A DNA stretch of 62,951 nucleotides, filler included, from Reticulomyxa filosa (GCA_000512085.1; 17 parts of 17 records of this genome joined end to end with filler, not necessarily neighbours in it), one strand, 5' to 3'; shown: positions 21,478-35,702, counted from the whole stretch's first letter. The notes: generated by a model from the sequence alone, not told the origin. Made by a program: numbers and translations.

Positions 21478-23914
21478 ATGAAACAAGCCGCAAATGAGGA
21501 ACATGTACCAGTCGAAGATGATTTGGTTATTCGACCAATGCATATCAGTATTAACGAATTTGACATGAGTGAAAATGTGTCAATACCCGACCTTCCAACG
21601 CAGCACAAGACCCGAACACGTTCTCAAAGTGATCCCCAAACAGCGTTTTACCAACAACCGTCGGTCGGCAATGAGCACTTCAGTAACGCTTTAGCACGTG
21701 GTGAGGCAATGGAGGAGTTGTTTGAGATGTTTAGTTGGACACCCATTCACAAATACATGTGACTTATAGCATACAAACTTGTGTAATGACCCTTTTGGAT
21801 CACAACAACAAAAACATAAACAAACCCGAACATGTGCGAAAAGCAGTGGAGAAGAGACTATCCGATTGGGAGCATACGACGAAACCCCTGGAAAGGGAGT
21901 GGATGGAGGGATGATGTTAGAAAGCGAAGACGAAGAAGCGGGGACAGAGAATAGCAAGAGCAAAGACAAGAAGATGACGAAAGCAGAACAAGAGAACATG
22001 GCATGGTTACATCACGAGCTCAATCATGCACACATACTGCAGACACTAATTCGTGACGTAATGGGCGGTATGGACAGTCACGTATTGGAAATCAGTGAAA
22101 TGGTGAGTCACAAGTTTGAAACGATCAATCGTACATTGCGACATCGCCATTTGTTGTTACAGCAGCAAATCACCGAATGGAAGCAAAAGCAGTTGTTACA
22201 ATTATCGCAAGCTCTGCAAGGCATTCTTTCTTATCAAAAGCTAATTCAACAAGTTTTTAATGATATCAATATATGTATATACATATATTTATATACATAT
22301 TTATGTACATATGTATATATGTATATATGTATATATGTATATATGTATATATGTATATATGTATATATGTATATATGTATATAAATTTGTTACAATTGTA
22401 TTCTTTTTAATGTTGTGACAATGACAATATGCAATAACAGAAGCAAAGTGAGATCGAAACGGAACTGACCCAAAATCCCTGTTTGGACAATGACAAAGAA
22501 CAGGTGAAAAGACAAGAGAAAATCCAAGTGCTGGTGAATGACGTCTTGCAATTGAAAGACAAATATCGAACCGACAAAAGTGCGAGTGCGAAGGACCGAT
22601 CCTTGGATAAAGTAAACGGGCCGGTGATTGGACCTGGACTACCTCTGGCCAAACTCGAGTCGATCCACACGACGTCGATGATGATGATGATGTTGGACGA
22701 AGGGGTCATCGAACACATGGGTGAAAAGGACGAGCCAATTGGAGACGAGTTTTGGTGGCTCGGTATGCTGCATAGCACGGCCGAGTGTAAGCAGACCTTG
22801 CGCCCCTTGTTGTCAGGACTCAAGGCACGCTTCGACGATGAGCTGGACGACCAACCTCAAATCCGCTCTTCTTTTGTTACTGCCAATGAGGGCGAGCGAC
22901 GACTCACGTCACCACCTTTGGCTCCGATATTATTGCATCAAGCACCAGGAGCAAATCAAGACCAAAATCAAAATCAAAATCAAAATCAAAATCAAAACCA
23001 AAATCAAAGTCAATTAAACGTACCTATATTCAAAATACCTACATCTCTGCCACAAGTTTTGTTCATTGCATGTATGTTATGTATGTATGTATGCATGTGT
23101 ATGTGTGTGACTCATTTGGATAATAAATAAATGGAATGCGCTTGTTAGTACATATCGGAATATGGAAGTTTGACGAGTGAGCCATTGCACGAGTATGAGG
23201 AACAGATGGAAGACTTGTTGTCTACGATATTTGCGAAGCAGAGCGATGCGTCCAAACAAGACATGAAGAGAGACAAAGATAGTGACGACGATGATGATGA
23301 TGAGGGGGAGTCAAAGCAGGAGCCGAAATTTAACAAGTTGCATGAGTTGTTGGACATCATCAACAACAACAACAATAATAATGACGATGATGAAAATGAC
23401 AGTAAAGACAATACACACAATGTGTTATTCCATCAGCGTCAACAGCAGCAAAAGCATCAACTCCAAGAAAGCTATTCCTTTCGAGAGCGCTCACTGCCTA
23501 TGTTTGTGTCTCTTGCACTGTTGTCCAATGATCTTGTACATTCATCTCAACTGTTGTCTTCGTCGCAGCCACAACCACAACCACAACAACATGTTCTCTT
23601 GGCTATTGGTATCTTTTTTTTGTTTGTTTGTTTGTATGTAATGTGTATGTAAATGTATAAGCATTGAAGTTACACAATAAAATAAAATAGGAGACAACAG
23701 CTGGGGACAACTCGGATTGAACACAATGGTCATTGCAAACAAACTCTCAGCATTTGTAACTCCACATCAGCTCCAACAGCGCGAACGTCTGCAAATGAAT
23801 AGTCTTCGTCGTCCGATTCACAATCCAACAGCCACTCCATTTCGCTACTCGGCTCCACGAGCCCCAGTTGGAGCCTCTTCTTCTTCTTCTTCTTCTTCTT
23901 CTTCTTCTTCTTCT
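21478..23914 (+). CDS. Multi-exon low-complexity protein with TRIM/BBC-like coiled coil; 3' truncated
   Basis: GC-richer ORF segments separated by TATATG-rich introns; 21974-22252 aligns ungapped with 48925-49203; QN, D/N and S repeats. Confidence 0.6.
22270..22382. repeat. Intronic (TATATG/TATGTA)n microsatellite
   Basis: Visible tandem repeat; similar tracts at ~14110-14150, 18770-18830 and 35265-35312. Confidence 0.9.
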
Positions 23915-24014
23915 NNNNNNNNNNNNNNNNNNNNNNNNNNNNNNNNNNNNNNNNNNNNTTAATTAATTAANNNNNNNNNNNNNNNNNNNNNNNNNNNNNN
24001 NNNNNNNNNNNNNN

Positions 24015-25964
24015 CCTAAATGACCACGAAATTGACATACTTTTAGATTTGTTTCCAAGTCCCATACAGCAATTGTTTCATCATCAGAAGCGGAAACGAT
24101 TCTTTCACCATTTTGTAAAAATTGCACATCATTTACCTCAGAAAAATGTCTTCCTAGCTCTTTTTTCTCTTCTCCAGTGTGTACATCCCATATCCGGATG
24201 GATGTATCCAATGAGGCAGACACAATAATGAGACCGTTTGGAGAAAATTGTGCTCTCTCTACGCTTCGCGAATGTCCTTTTAGAGTTTTTATTTCTTGTC
24301 CTAATTCCAAATCCCATAATCGAATAGTTGTATCAACCGAACATGATACAATCATTTTACCATCTGGTGAAAATTGTGCATCATTAACAGAATCTGAATG
24401 TCCTTTCAACGTTTGAATTACTTTTTGTAATTTGACATCCCATATTCGAATTGTCTTTCCACAAGCTGCAGCAACGTTGGTTCGATCAGGTGAAAATTTC
24501 ACACTTTTTAAACCTAAACGCTCGCGTAATTCTTTGAATGGCTTAAAATACTTCATCTATTTTTGAATGTAATTTTGATAATCATTACTTAAATTTTTTA
24601 AAAAAAAACCAAAGCATACCAAAATATATCGTGAAATAATTATGCTGAGATCGTCAATCCATCCTTTCTTAATAGACAATGAACGAACCCAGTGCTCAAG
24701 TACTGTTGCAATTTGTCTTTGTTTCTATTTTGTTTTAATACAATAATCACAACCAAATACTTAAAAAAAAAAAAAAAAAGGAGTAACTCAACTTTCAACT
24801 TTCTTATTTGAAATCCAGGATGCAGTCCTTTCAAATTTTTTTTACTCTTTTTATGTCTTCAACCTCTCTTTCTCCTTCCTCTATCCTCTTTTCCTCTGCA
24901 ATCCATTGTTTTTCTATTACTGTTTCCTCTTTCATAAACTCACTCACATTAATTCTCATGTGGCATGAGATAGCATCTTTTGCGTCATTTCCTCCTCCAA
25001 TTATATGCACATGTGTCTTATCCATACTCAATACTCCGACACAACGGCCCAATCGAGTGGGTAAATCATGTTGAATGCGTATCCATTTATTTTCTTTGAT
25101 TGAATACTTATGTATTGCTTTAGAATAACCAGTGTCAGTGCCACCATGTCCACCAAAAAATAGAATAACGTCATTGACACACAAATATGCGTATTGATTC
25201 AATGACCGGATTGTTGAACAAACTCTTATGTTTTGAAATCGAAATTTGTTGTTGTTTTCATTATATTCAATGCTTAATCCAGCATCTTTACAAAATAACA
25301 ACATTTCATTCTTATTTTTATTTTTCGGCATTATTTCCAGGTCATTGTCCGTTTTGGACACAAAGCAATGATGCCATATCCATTCATCAATTGGCAATGT
25401 ATTTTGTGTTACATATCGATATGTCTTTAAATTGAATACATCAATTTTCTTTGGAGGATAAGTAATAAACAATAAATGATTCTTACTTCCACCAACTATT
25501 GCACGGACACCATTGTAATCGCTTTCATCTTTACCAATGCAAACTGGTTTATTATACATATCAGTAAGGGGAATCCATTGGTTAAATAGAGTTTTTTCTT
25601 CAGGTGATTTTGGATTATACCAAACACTAATATATTTCATTACCATTGTATGTTTTTTCTGAGTTTGATATTGTCCACCAAGAGACAATAAAGTGATAAT
25701 ATCTGCAGAACTCTCGTTCACTAATTTAACCAAGGAATGCCCAACTAATTCGACATTATTTGGAAAAGAACAGATATACTTGTACTGATTTTTGGTTATA
25801 TGATAAGAATAACAGTTTCTTGTATGTGCACCTCCACAAATGAGAATTTCATCTTTGTTGGCCACACATTGACCAAGATAAAGCGGAACAGGCAAAGAGG
25901 CCAAAGCCTTAAAAGGGATTGCATTTGCTCTCATTTCTTGTTCAAATATGTCAATGGTAGTCAT
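24015..25964 (-). CDS. Kelch-like propeller - coiled coil - linker - WD40 fusion (exons 25964-24793 with a 1-nt shift at ~24835, 24724-24620, 24556-<24015)
   Basis: Kelch GG motifs (ILICGG, AIVGG, ILFFGG, HIIGG); phase-0 GT-AG introns 24792-24725 and 24619-24557 lead into the WD40 ORF. Confidence 0.8.
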
Positions 25965-26750
25965 TTAATTGATAAATACAATTAATTGTATCTGAGCACT
26001 CAAAAACAAGGATTACAATTATTTAGACTCTCTGAAAGTGCTTTTTACGTTAGCTTGAAAAAAACTAGACGTTTAAAACGTAACTTTTCAAAAGTACAAG
26101 TTGTTACGTTTGTTTACGGTACAATACATAATTCTTTTTCGTAAACAATAAAATCTATCAAAACCACAAAATATAGCTTCATAACTACAATAATGTGAGA
26201 ACAGAATATTTCAAAATTATTGTTAAAACAAACAAAGAGCACATTAAAATTTTGAAAATGAAAAAAAATTAGTGCAATATTTTTTTTCCTGGAGAAAATT
26301 TGTCATATTTGTTTATTGCAAGTTAGTTTTTTTACTTACTATATCATTGATGCAAGAACGTAGCAGCCATTTTTTATCTTTTTTTAAACAAAACTAAAAT
26401 GAAACCAGTGTAGAAAGTCTAAAGATCGGAAGAGTCATAAAGCAGATTATTACTTAAATAATAAGAAGTAATAAGTTATGCTGTGCAGCTTTAGAGCCTA
26501 TTATGACTCGAGAGGGTATATAATCTAATTTCTTTCTTTTTTAAAAAAAAAACAGTAAAATTATTAGCCTAATTGAAAAGAAAATGTATATAATTTAGTT
26601 TGAAAGAACGAATGCATTTGTGGTTATATGATATCATTTTTTTTTTTAAAGGATAAATAACATATAACAATCTTGCTGTTGGTTGAGCTTTTTTTAACTG
26701 AAAGGTTGAAACTTTGATACATAATTTAGATTAAAGAAAGCGTTACAAAA

Positions 26751-27727
26751 ATGGGTGTAAATGGTTCAAAATCCGAAGCAAATGAAAATGCGGCAAATGG
26801 AACTGAAGCTAAAAGATCGCGTCGCTTTCGAAACAAACAAAAACACCCCCGAAGCGGGACCGTGAGCTCATATACTTTTAAAGAGAAGAAGAAGGCCATC
26901 GATAAAACTGGTTGAGCAAAAGACACAAGCGCGTGACAAAAGAAGTCCATCCTTTAGTTTTGAAGGGGAAAAAAGATATATGTATTGATGCTAGAGAGAA
27001 TGGTTGAAACAAAGAAAGGAATGATGTGATTTGTATAGCAACGGACGATTTGGAGACACGCGAAGCGACGACGCCAGTGACAGCGGTGGTATTGCAATCG
27101 CCAAGTGACATGACAAAATCATCCAGCATCGCATCATCCTCAACCAGTTTGGCAGGGGGTTGGATTGGAATGTCTCGTGCGGTAAGCGACGGCGCGGTGC
27201 GTGATGATATGGCATTACGTGGAAATATGAGCGAAGATGAAAAAGTGATCACAACAACAACGGTCATGGATAGCATTAGTCATCATCACTCTCATTACCA
27301 TCACCATAATCATCATCATCATCATCATCATCATTATCGAGGAATGACAGAAGAAGCTCATTCTTATTATTATCCGCCTTTTCACGAGTTCACCGAACAA
27401 TTGAAAATGCCAGACAATGTGCTACTGCACATGCTGTCGTTCACTCGACCCTTGGATCAGTTGTACTTGTGTCAAGTGTGTAAACAATTGAGACATGTCA
27501 TTTATCACAAGAAGCTCATTCCTGGATTGAAGACTCTGAAATCCGTTGAATACTATTACGACAAATACAGCTGCTTTTACGACAAACGAATGAAAACTTT
27601 CAAATTCAGTTTGTGTGACAGCTTGGACATTGACGCAAAAAAAAGATTGAAGCGCATGCTTGATAAAAAGAGATTGGTTTTATTCCTTATTTTTCAAACT
27701 CAAATGAGAAAATGTCATTTCAGTTAA
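26751..27727 (+). CDS. F-box protein with N-myristoylation-like start and poly-His tract; 3' end probably lost in gap
   Basis: MGVNGS start at 26751; LKMPDNVLLHMLSFTRPLDQLYLCQVCKQLRHVI is an F-box; (CAT)n His run at ~27280-27335. Confidence 0.75.
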
Positions 27728-29057
27728 CTCTTTTTTTTTTTAAAAAAAATAAAATAAATAAATTTTTGCAAATCTTTTTTTTGTTTATACGTGTATTTNN
27801 NNNNNNNNNNNNNNNNNNNNNNNNNNNNNNNNNNNNNNNNNNTTAATTAATTAANNNNNNNNNNNNNNNNNNNNNNNNNNNNNNNNNNNNNNNNNNNNTG
27901 TTTCATTGACAGGGACAATACATTGATATCTAGAAGCAATTCGTGTACATTTGTCCACCAAATGCAACATAATTCACTGTACTAATAAAATCAAAGTGAT
28001 TAAGACACAATATTTTTACAATGTCAAAATCTACTACTATAAATAAAATTTATATAGTATTATAAAAGATTTTCAAGTAGTAAAAAAGTTTCGCCGTTAG
28101 TCTTGTCTTTGTTCATATGCTGTCTTTAATTTTGCAAAATTTCTTGACTATACTAGTTTCGAAATCTCTAATCTCGATGTTCCAAAATACTTTCAAAAAA
28201 ACTAAGATATCGAAATATATTGCAACTTCAAACGTTTTTGCCTTCAAAATAAAACTCTTTTGACAAAAGTTACATTAAATGAAATGTGATCTTCGTCTTA
28301 TTATATGTTGATTGCAGCAGCACCTTCGATGCGATCAAACTGTTTCTACTATAAGCGTATTGTGTCTTGCTTGTTAAAAGTTATTTTGCGATCATAGTAC
28401 AAATGATACTACTCAACTGTCGATTTCGGTGAAAATACGCTGAAGCATCTATATATCAGTGACAGAATTTGTAACTCCATATACTTGTCTGAAGATTGTA
28501 TTGTGATCTTGTACATTATCGTGTTGACTGCGCTTACGATATTGTTTTGCATAAATAACTATGTGGTTAACGAACATTATATATTTAGTACAGTTGTCTG
28601 TTGTCATGTGTTCTTTTATATTTTTTCGTAATATTTTTCCGATTTTGCCACTTCTAAATCAATTTCAGAACTTGCATACAAAAAAATCATAACCTACTAG
28701 AGTGTTTATGAATGATTAATTTTTTGAGTCGATAACATCATGGCACAATGAATTTGTGGGTGGTTAAACATTAAATTAATGTAATTCGAAGATATAATAA
28801 ATATATCATGGTAAAACAAAGTGAAATTGTTTTCTCTCAACTTTCACAGGAAATTGAAATAAAAATTGCCTAATATTGTTTTTCCTTGGTGTTACAATTT
28901 GTCAAATACAAATTTTTAGCATATTATACAAACACTCCTAGTGATATTGGGAATTTATTAAACTGCAAATAAATGAGAAAGAAAAAACATTTTAAAATCT
29001 TTTAAAGTATGAAAAAGCTTATTTTCACAAAAAAGTATTCAATAAACAAAGAAAATT

Positions 29058-32000
29058 TCACATATTGACTTCCCCATCTCCATATACGAATCCACGGAGC
29101 TATTCCATGAAAAAAAGAAACAAGGCAATACATAGAATGAAGAGTAGAAACAAAAGACAGACGAACCTCTCCAACAAATTTTCCGTGTAGTAGTATTGGA
29201 ACGACAAAGTGCTTTGGGGCATTGACATGATGAATATCTTGCTGAGAAACCGGCTTGGTTTTCGAGTGGTTCGTTCCACCGTTATTGCTATTGTTATGTT
29301 TGTTCTCGTTTGAGTCTTGCTTATCTTCTTTTTTTTCATTGATTTGATCGCTTTCCAAGACAGACTCATGATTTTCTTTTTGTTGGGGTGTGGCATTGCT
29401 TATCGCCGCACTTGTTATTTGCTGTGATAAATCAGCCTGTATTTTGTTGTCAAATCGTTGTTTCGAATTTTCAATATTGGTCAACAGTTTGATAGGGAAG
29501 GCACGAGCCAAGGAAATTGTGGCATAGCCAATGACATAAGAGGATTTCGAAATGTTTACGAATTCCACAAATACATGAGTATGTGACAAAAACTCTGGAT
29601 CCGATATATATGGTCGCAAGACATACTGTACTTCCAGTTCGATTCCTGGCCAACTAAATGCGTTTACTCGAGATTCAAATGATCCACCAGCTATTTTTAA
29701 CTGAGCAACGTATTGTTGAGTGTGTAAGAGATGTATTCCTAGTGGTGAATTGGGTTGACAAAGACACAAAACCACAAAACAGGTTTTTCAATAAAAGGAT
29801 GATATAAAGTAGCGTGCAGTTCATCCTTTAGTAATTCTGGAACACCAATAAAAGTTGCTTTCAGATCCACTAATTCAATTGCAACATTTTCAACAATAGC
29901 GTTTTGTGATATTGAATTGAGTTGGCTGGGATCATATTGTTGGCCAAGGATTTGAAAATGAAAGGGATTGGTGAAATAGGGCAACCTTGGAGTGAACATG
30001 AACACACTCCAAACAGGACGATGATCACTTCCAAATGCATTTGCTGTGCTCGTATACTTTAATTGTTTTAAGTCGTGTGTATCACTCAACGAAGAGTATA
30101 AAATGCGATCACAATAACTGGGCGCCTGTTCACGTTTGTTACTGATAATGTTGTCGTATCGTTCCCATCGATAGGTTGGTGCAAAGTTTATGGTGCCTAT
30201 TGTGTTGTATGCAAATAAAATAGAGCAAGATGAAGAACAAAGGAGAGTTTATTCGTGAACAAACCTTCTTTGAATCCATAAAAAACTTGTTGTCTTTGCA
30301 TTTGATAGATCAATTGGTCAAATTGAACAATGTCAGTCCATTTTTTTTTTTTAATTAAATCGCAAACTTTGTCAAAGTCCTTTTCCACACGGTAGTTCAT
30401 ATCTCCAAAAAAAAAAACATGATGGAATTGATGCAGCACATCCAGGCCGGGTCTCCCAATCGACAGCATTTTGATAATGCGATAAACGTCTTTGGCTCTT
30501 TTTTCGTATTTTTCTGCGCGAGCAGATAAATGGCAGCAAATAAAGCAAAGCGCCGTTTCCTGAAATTGAAAGGATATGACTGCTGCGCCCTTGTTTCCAA
30601 TGACATTTCCTTTGCCTGATTAACAACACAAAGTAGATCAACATTTAAAAACAAGACAATGCGAACGACAGAGTGTGTTGTCTTATCTGACCTGTGGCAA
30701 CTTCTTGGCTTTCCAAATGCGATATCTTTGCTATGTGAGCTCGATGAATGATGACAATACAGCCGATCTGTAAAATCCATGACTGATGGAATAGCACGTA
30801 TTGCTGATTTTGCCCAGATATATGTTTCAACAGCGCACTTTCCCATTGCTTGCGCAAATTGGTGGAGCATTCTTGAAGTCCAATTACGTATACGTCGTGG
30901 GATTCAACATCAGCCGAAGGGAACCACGTGCCCAAAGCGGATAAATCGGGCTCGCTTTCGGCGACATTCCATGATCCGATCCACAATGACAAAGGAGAGC
31001 TATTTATTTGTGTGGACTTGTGTTTCCAATTCGATATGAGTTGACTGTAATCCTGCGAAAAGCCTTTCAGTGATCGAGGAGAACTCAGCTCCTCTTTCTT
31101 TTCCTCCGTGTTAAAAGACGTGACAGCGTCGCGTATTATTGGAGACGGTATCTGTGGAATCAATTCATCGTCGTCGCCGTTGTGATCATCGTTGTTATTG
31201 CTTGTGCTTACCAATGGAGCGAGGAATGGCGCGCTAACGAGACGTCCAACAAACTCTTCTCGCGCCCGTGGAGATATAAATTCGTACCAATAGTCACGTA
31301 CTTGTGTATCTTCAGAGCCGTGAAATGTTAACGCCATGTGAAGTTGATTGTGATTGGAATACGACTTTTCCAACTATCTTTATTTGTAAAAAGAGACATT
31401 GATTTTTTTTTGAAAGAAAGGGGATCATACAAAAAGACAATCTTGTCATACCAAAGTAATATCCTGAAAATGATACTCTTTCAAATGTTCACCGACAGTT
31501 TTCATGCGAATGGCATGACGCTTCATATCCAAATAGATAACTCTTCTGTGCTGTTTCCATGTGATTTGCTTGTCGGCACTGATGCCCCTGGACGGGATGG
31601 TCCGAATGAGTCTTAGCACAGGATATCGGAACAAATGCGAGTAGGTATTCAATTCGTGGATCACGCTGTTCGGAATCGAGGGATTGCGATATTTGAGAGC
31701 GACCTCTGTCGTTGGATAGGTATCGATCGCATCGTCGCCGTGATCCTTGACAGGATTGTCGTCTCCGTGATCCGCATCCAATAGACTGACAGTGGTCAGA
31801 TTTGTATTTGCGTCGTGTATGTGCAATAACACATTTGCGTTTAAAAAGCGAAGCTGCTCGACGAAATACCACAAATCATTATTGGATTGAAAGACCATTT
31901 TCATCGGCTTAATCTTTTGCGTGAACACTAATTCCAAAGTGACAGTATTCATCACTTCGATGGTAGCGATCATTTGAATCGCAAATTCGTCGGTGCATTT

Positions 32001-32430
32001 GCGTCTGTCTCCAAACAAACGCACTACTTTTTCGACGGCGTGAAGGATCATTTTGCGTGTTTTCAATTGACCCCAGTGGGTATATTGAATCCAATACTCC
32101 GACACCTGAGTGCTGGAAACGCCAGTGTATTCACTACCGTCCATCATCACATTCGACATATCCGAGGTGAAACTCACACTGGCTATGCGTGACAGGCCTT
32201 GTGGCTCGTCCATGGTCGTCCCCAGACTGACTCTATTTTGAAACACCGTTTCGCGGGTGCTCATTGCAAATGGATGTTGCAACTGACTCGCACTTACGCT
32301 CCTGTTTCGTATCTGTTCTTTATTCCAACTTTCCAGTTTCTGCTGAAACTTTATTACACGTGCCAATAGGTCTTTGAATTGTTGTCGTTCTTGTGGACTT
32401 GCAAATGTCAAATGATAATCGCGATTATCT
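29058..32430 (-). CDS. Inositol polyphosphate 5-phosphatase (SHIP-like: PH-like domains, 5-phosphatase, C2-like tail); 5' truncated
   Basis: WIGSWNV, HDVYVIGLQE, GNKGA, FFFGDMNYRV, FDQL, FAPTYRW, PSYCDRILY, SDHRPV motifs spread over several exons. Confidence 0.92.
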
Positions 32431-34384
32431 GCAAACTTTATCTTTTTTTTATTTCAATAAAATGTCTTATCGATTAAAATTGAACTCTCTCTTTTTTAAA
32501 AAAATACACACACACNNNNNNNNNNNNNNNNNNNNNNNNNNNNNNNNNNNNNNNNNNNNTTAATTAATTAANNNNNNNNNNNNNNNNNNNNNNNNNNNNN
32601 NNNNNNNNNNNNNNNTTTGAACGTGTTCCGTACATTGGTGCAGGTGTCTCTTCGCATTCGCAGTCGCGTCCAAATGACGAGTGTAATGGACTGAATCAAA
32701 AAGAAAAAAAAACCCATGATCAGCAACAGCAACAATAGGAGAAAGACGACATTCATTTGTTTTCGTTTATCAAAAGCAAATGCAAAAGCAAGTTGGGAAA
32801 CATTATTTAATTGAACAATTGGACGAATGCAGTCGCTATTGGAAGAAAAGACAATTCACCAAAAAAAGTAGAGTTGATGAAGCCAAAAGAAGCGAAGGTT
32901 AAGTTGAAAAAAGTAGAATAAGAATAAGAATAAGAATGAAAAGAAAAAGTAAAAGATCAGTGAATGTGTTGAATGATTGTTGTGTATTTGATTAATTTTG
33001 TACCAAAGTGATGACAGATACAACAATGTCGAAGATGTCAATAACTTTTGACATTAGCAGAATCGAATGGTATTATCAAAGTGTTGCATATCTCTTCCAC
33101 ATGTGATTGATAAATCCTCTGGAGTTGTGGCAATGCTTCCAACAGAATCGCAGATTAGGATGTTCAGCAAATAGTCATGTACCACCAACTTATGATTCGA
33201 AGATAGATCTCGCGAATATTACAATCGTAGGAACCAAGATCAAGATCAAAACAAAAATTGAAAACAAGACCGAAGTCGCAGATGATGGAGATATAACAAT
33301 AACAACGCAATGAGAAATGATATTGTTAATAAAAACAAGAACAAGAAGAAGGTGCAAATAAAAACAAGTCTTATTATCCGATATTTTTCAATCAAAGAAA
33401 CATGTACCGAACAGCGAACATTGACAATTGGAAAGCGGATAGAAGCGCCAACATCTTAATTGGGACGAGCAAATCCACTCGAGGTTACAATCGAAATCCA
33501 CGTGATGGCCATGCAAGCTACTTCTACGATGACGACAATAGCAAAAGCAAAATGATTTGCGGGACAATGGAAGAAGATAGCACAACTTCGGAATTACGAT
33601 TATCAATGTGTTCATCAACACGATGATNNNNNNNNNNNNNNNNNNNNNNNNNNNNNNNNNNNNNNNNNNNNTTAATTAATTAANNNNNNNNNNNNNNNNN
33701 NNNNNNNNNNNNNNNNNNNNNNNNNNNTTCAAATTATTATATCATAATTTTACTTTGGAATTGTCAGTGTTTGTTGATTTCTTGTCTATACATTTAATAA
33801 TTATCAATGAACTGTTCAAAATACTTTGGCAGAACTCATGCAACACGATATTAAAGAATTATTACTGCTAAATGAAATTTGTGTTATCAATTGCTGCAGT
33901 GTATTAATGTAACAAAGTAAAAATGGATACAAGAAACCTCGAATCAAACAAAGGAAAAACTGAAAAGAGAATTTTTAACATAATTAATTCAATGGGTGGC
34001 AGTTTTTTTTTCCAACTTACTGTAGCTTTGTTTTCAGAATATCAAATCAAAGCAATCGAAAGCATAAAATCAAATCAATCGAAAGCATAAAATCAATTCG
34101 AAGTTAGTATTTCTTCATAAAGACATTGACGTTTGACATTAAATTGTCTGACTTAAATTTCTAAATTTTTTTTTCTAGTTCTGGCTAAGCATTAACCACC
34201 CAAGTTTTAAAAAAAATTTCTGTTCGTGCTTATGTTATCGTGATGAAAAACAGCACAATACAGACCGCAAACAATACATCACAAAAAGAAGTTTGGGTTT
34301 CAAATTTGATTTGTTCTTGAGATTCGGATTGCTTTTTTTTCTTTTAACAGTTTACGGAGACCTTCCCACAAGACGAGCGAAAAA

Positions 34385-35702
34385 ATGAAAGCAACATTGG
34401 TTGCAACTTGTTTATTGAGCGCAGTTTTTGGAGCCAAGACAAGATCAGGCTTAAATGATGATCTTCCTCCAATGTTTGGAGGACGTATCAAACATGTGAT
34501 TGCGATCATGTTTGAAAACCGAAGCTTTGGTTAACTTTTAAAAAAAAAAAGAAAAAAACAAGCTCTCAACGAGACACAAGGAAGGAAAAAAAAAAAAAAG
34601 AATCATATGTTGGGCTATCTTCGCGCGAATCGAAGTGACATCGATGGATGCCTGCCATCGATGGGAGTGAATTGTTCAAACCCTTTGAATCCACAATATC
34701 CAAACCAAGACCTTATCTTTGTCGGAAGCAACGCAGTCTACATTCAGCCCGGAGACCCAGATCATAGCATTCCAGGAACAACTGCTCAGTTGTTTGGTGC
34801 CGGTCCTGTGGATATCTGGCCTCCGCCAATGGTATGAACATATTCAAACATTATTTATATACACATATATTTATATATATATGTTTATATATGCATATGT
34901 GTAATTTACGTGCGCATGTAATGTATATATGTGTATGTGGGGAAAAAAATGTACGGTAAGAACGGGTTTGTGTACGATTATGCGTCGAGAGATACAAAAG
35001 CCAATGACAATGGGACAATAATAATGCAATGCTTCGACTCATCGGCAGTGCCAATAATTACGACATTGGCAAATGAGTTTGCAGTATTCGATCGCTGGTT
35101 TGCAGACGTCCCTGGACCGACAGACCCCAATCGCTTGTACTCATGGATGGCCACATCCTCTGGCATGGGAATCAATTCCGATTTCCGAGACGTTGCTGGC
35201 TTTGTAGGGCCCAATATTTTTCAAGTTGTGAAAAGCACTTATTACTTTATTTCAATATAAATACATATATATATGTATATATGTATATGTATATGTATGT
35301 GTGTATGTATATCTAAATACCATTTTTTTTTTTTTCCCCCCCCTCTCCTTTTCTTTTTAAGCTAAAAAAGATAAAATGAGTGTATGTACTTTATGAATGT
35401 TGTCCAGATGTTAGATGAGACGATCACATTCACCAATGCAACATGGCACGTATACTATCAGCAGATACCAAGCACTGTTTTTGTCGAATACACAAGAGAA
35501 CATCCAAGAAAATACAAACAATTGGAGAACTTTTTCCAAGACTTGAATACAGGAGATTTACCAATATTCAGGTCTTCACATATATACGTATATACATAGC
35601 TAAATCACATCGGATGTCATTCGCACAAAAAATTGTTGGTTTAACAATAGTTGGATAGATCCTGGATACGTAAACATTCCTGGCTTTCCTGCCACTGACG
35701 AA
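34385..35702 (+). CDS. Secreted phosphoesterase, non-specific phospholipase C / AcpA-PlcH family; 3' truncated
   Basis: Signal peptide; IKHVIAIMFENRSF|DHMLG, DPDHS, LANEFAVFDRWFADVPGPTDPNRLY, WHVYY motifs. Confidence 0.9.

Noticed and set aside
27899-28900. Mixed-composition intergenic stretch, possibly a decayed gene
   Set aside because: No recognisable motif or ORF of 60 aa or more.
32616-33627. Small contig with short ORFs
   Set aside because: No domain or coherent splice structure; probably degraded repeat sequence.
34053-34097. Tandem duplication of CAATCGAAAGCATAAAATCAA
   Set aside because: Two copies only; ordinary slippage with no functional evidence.
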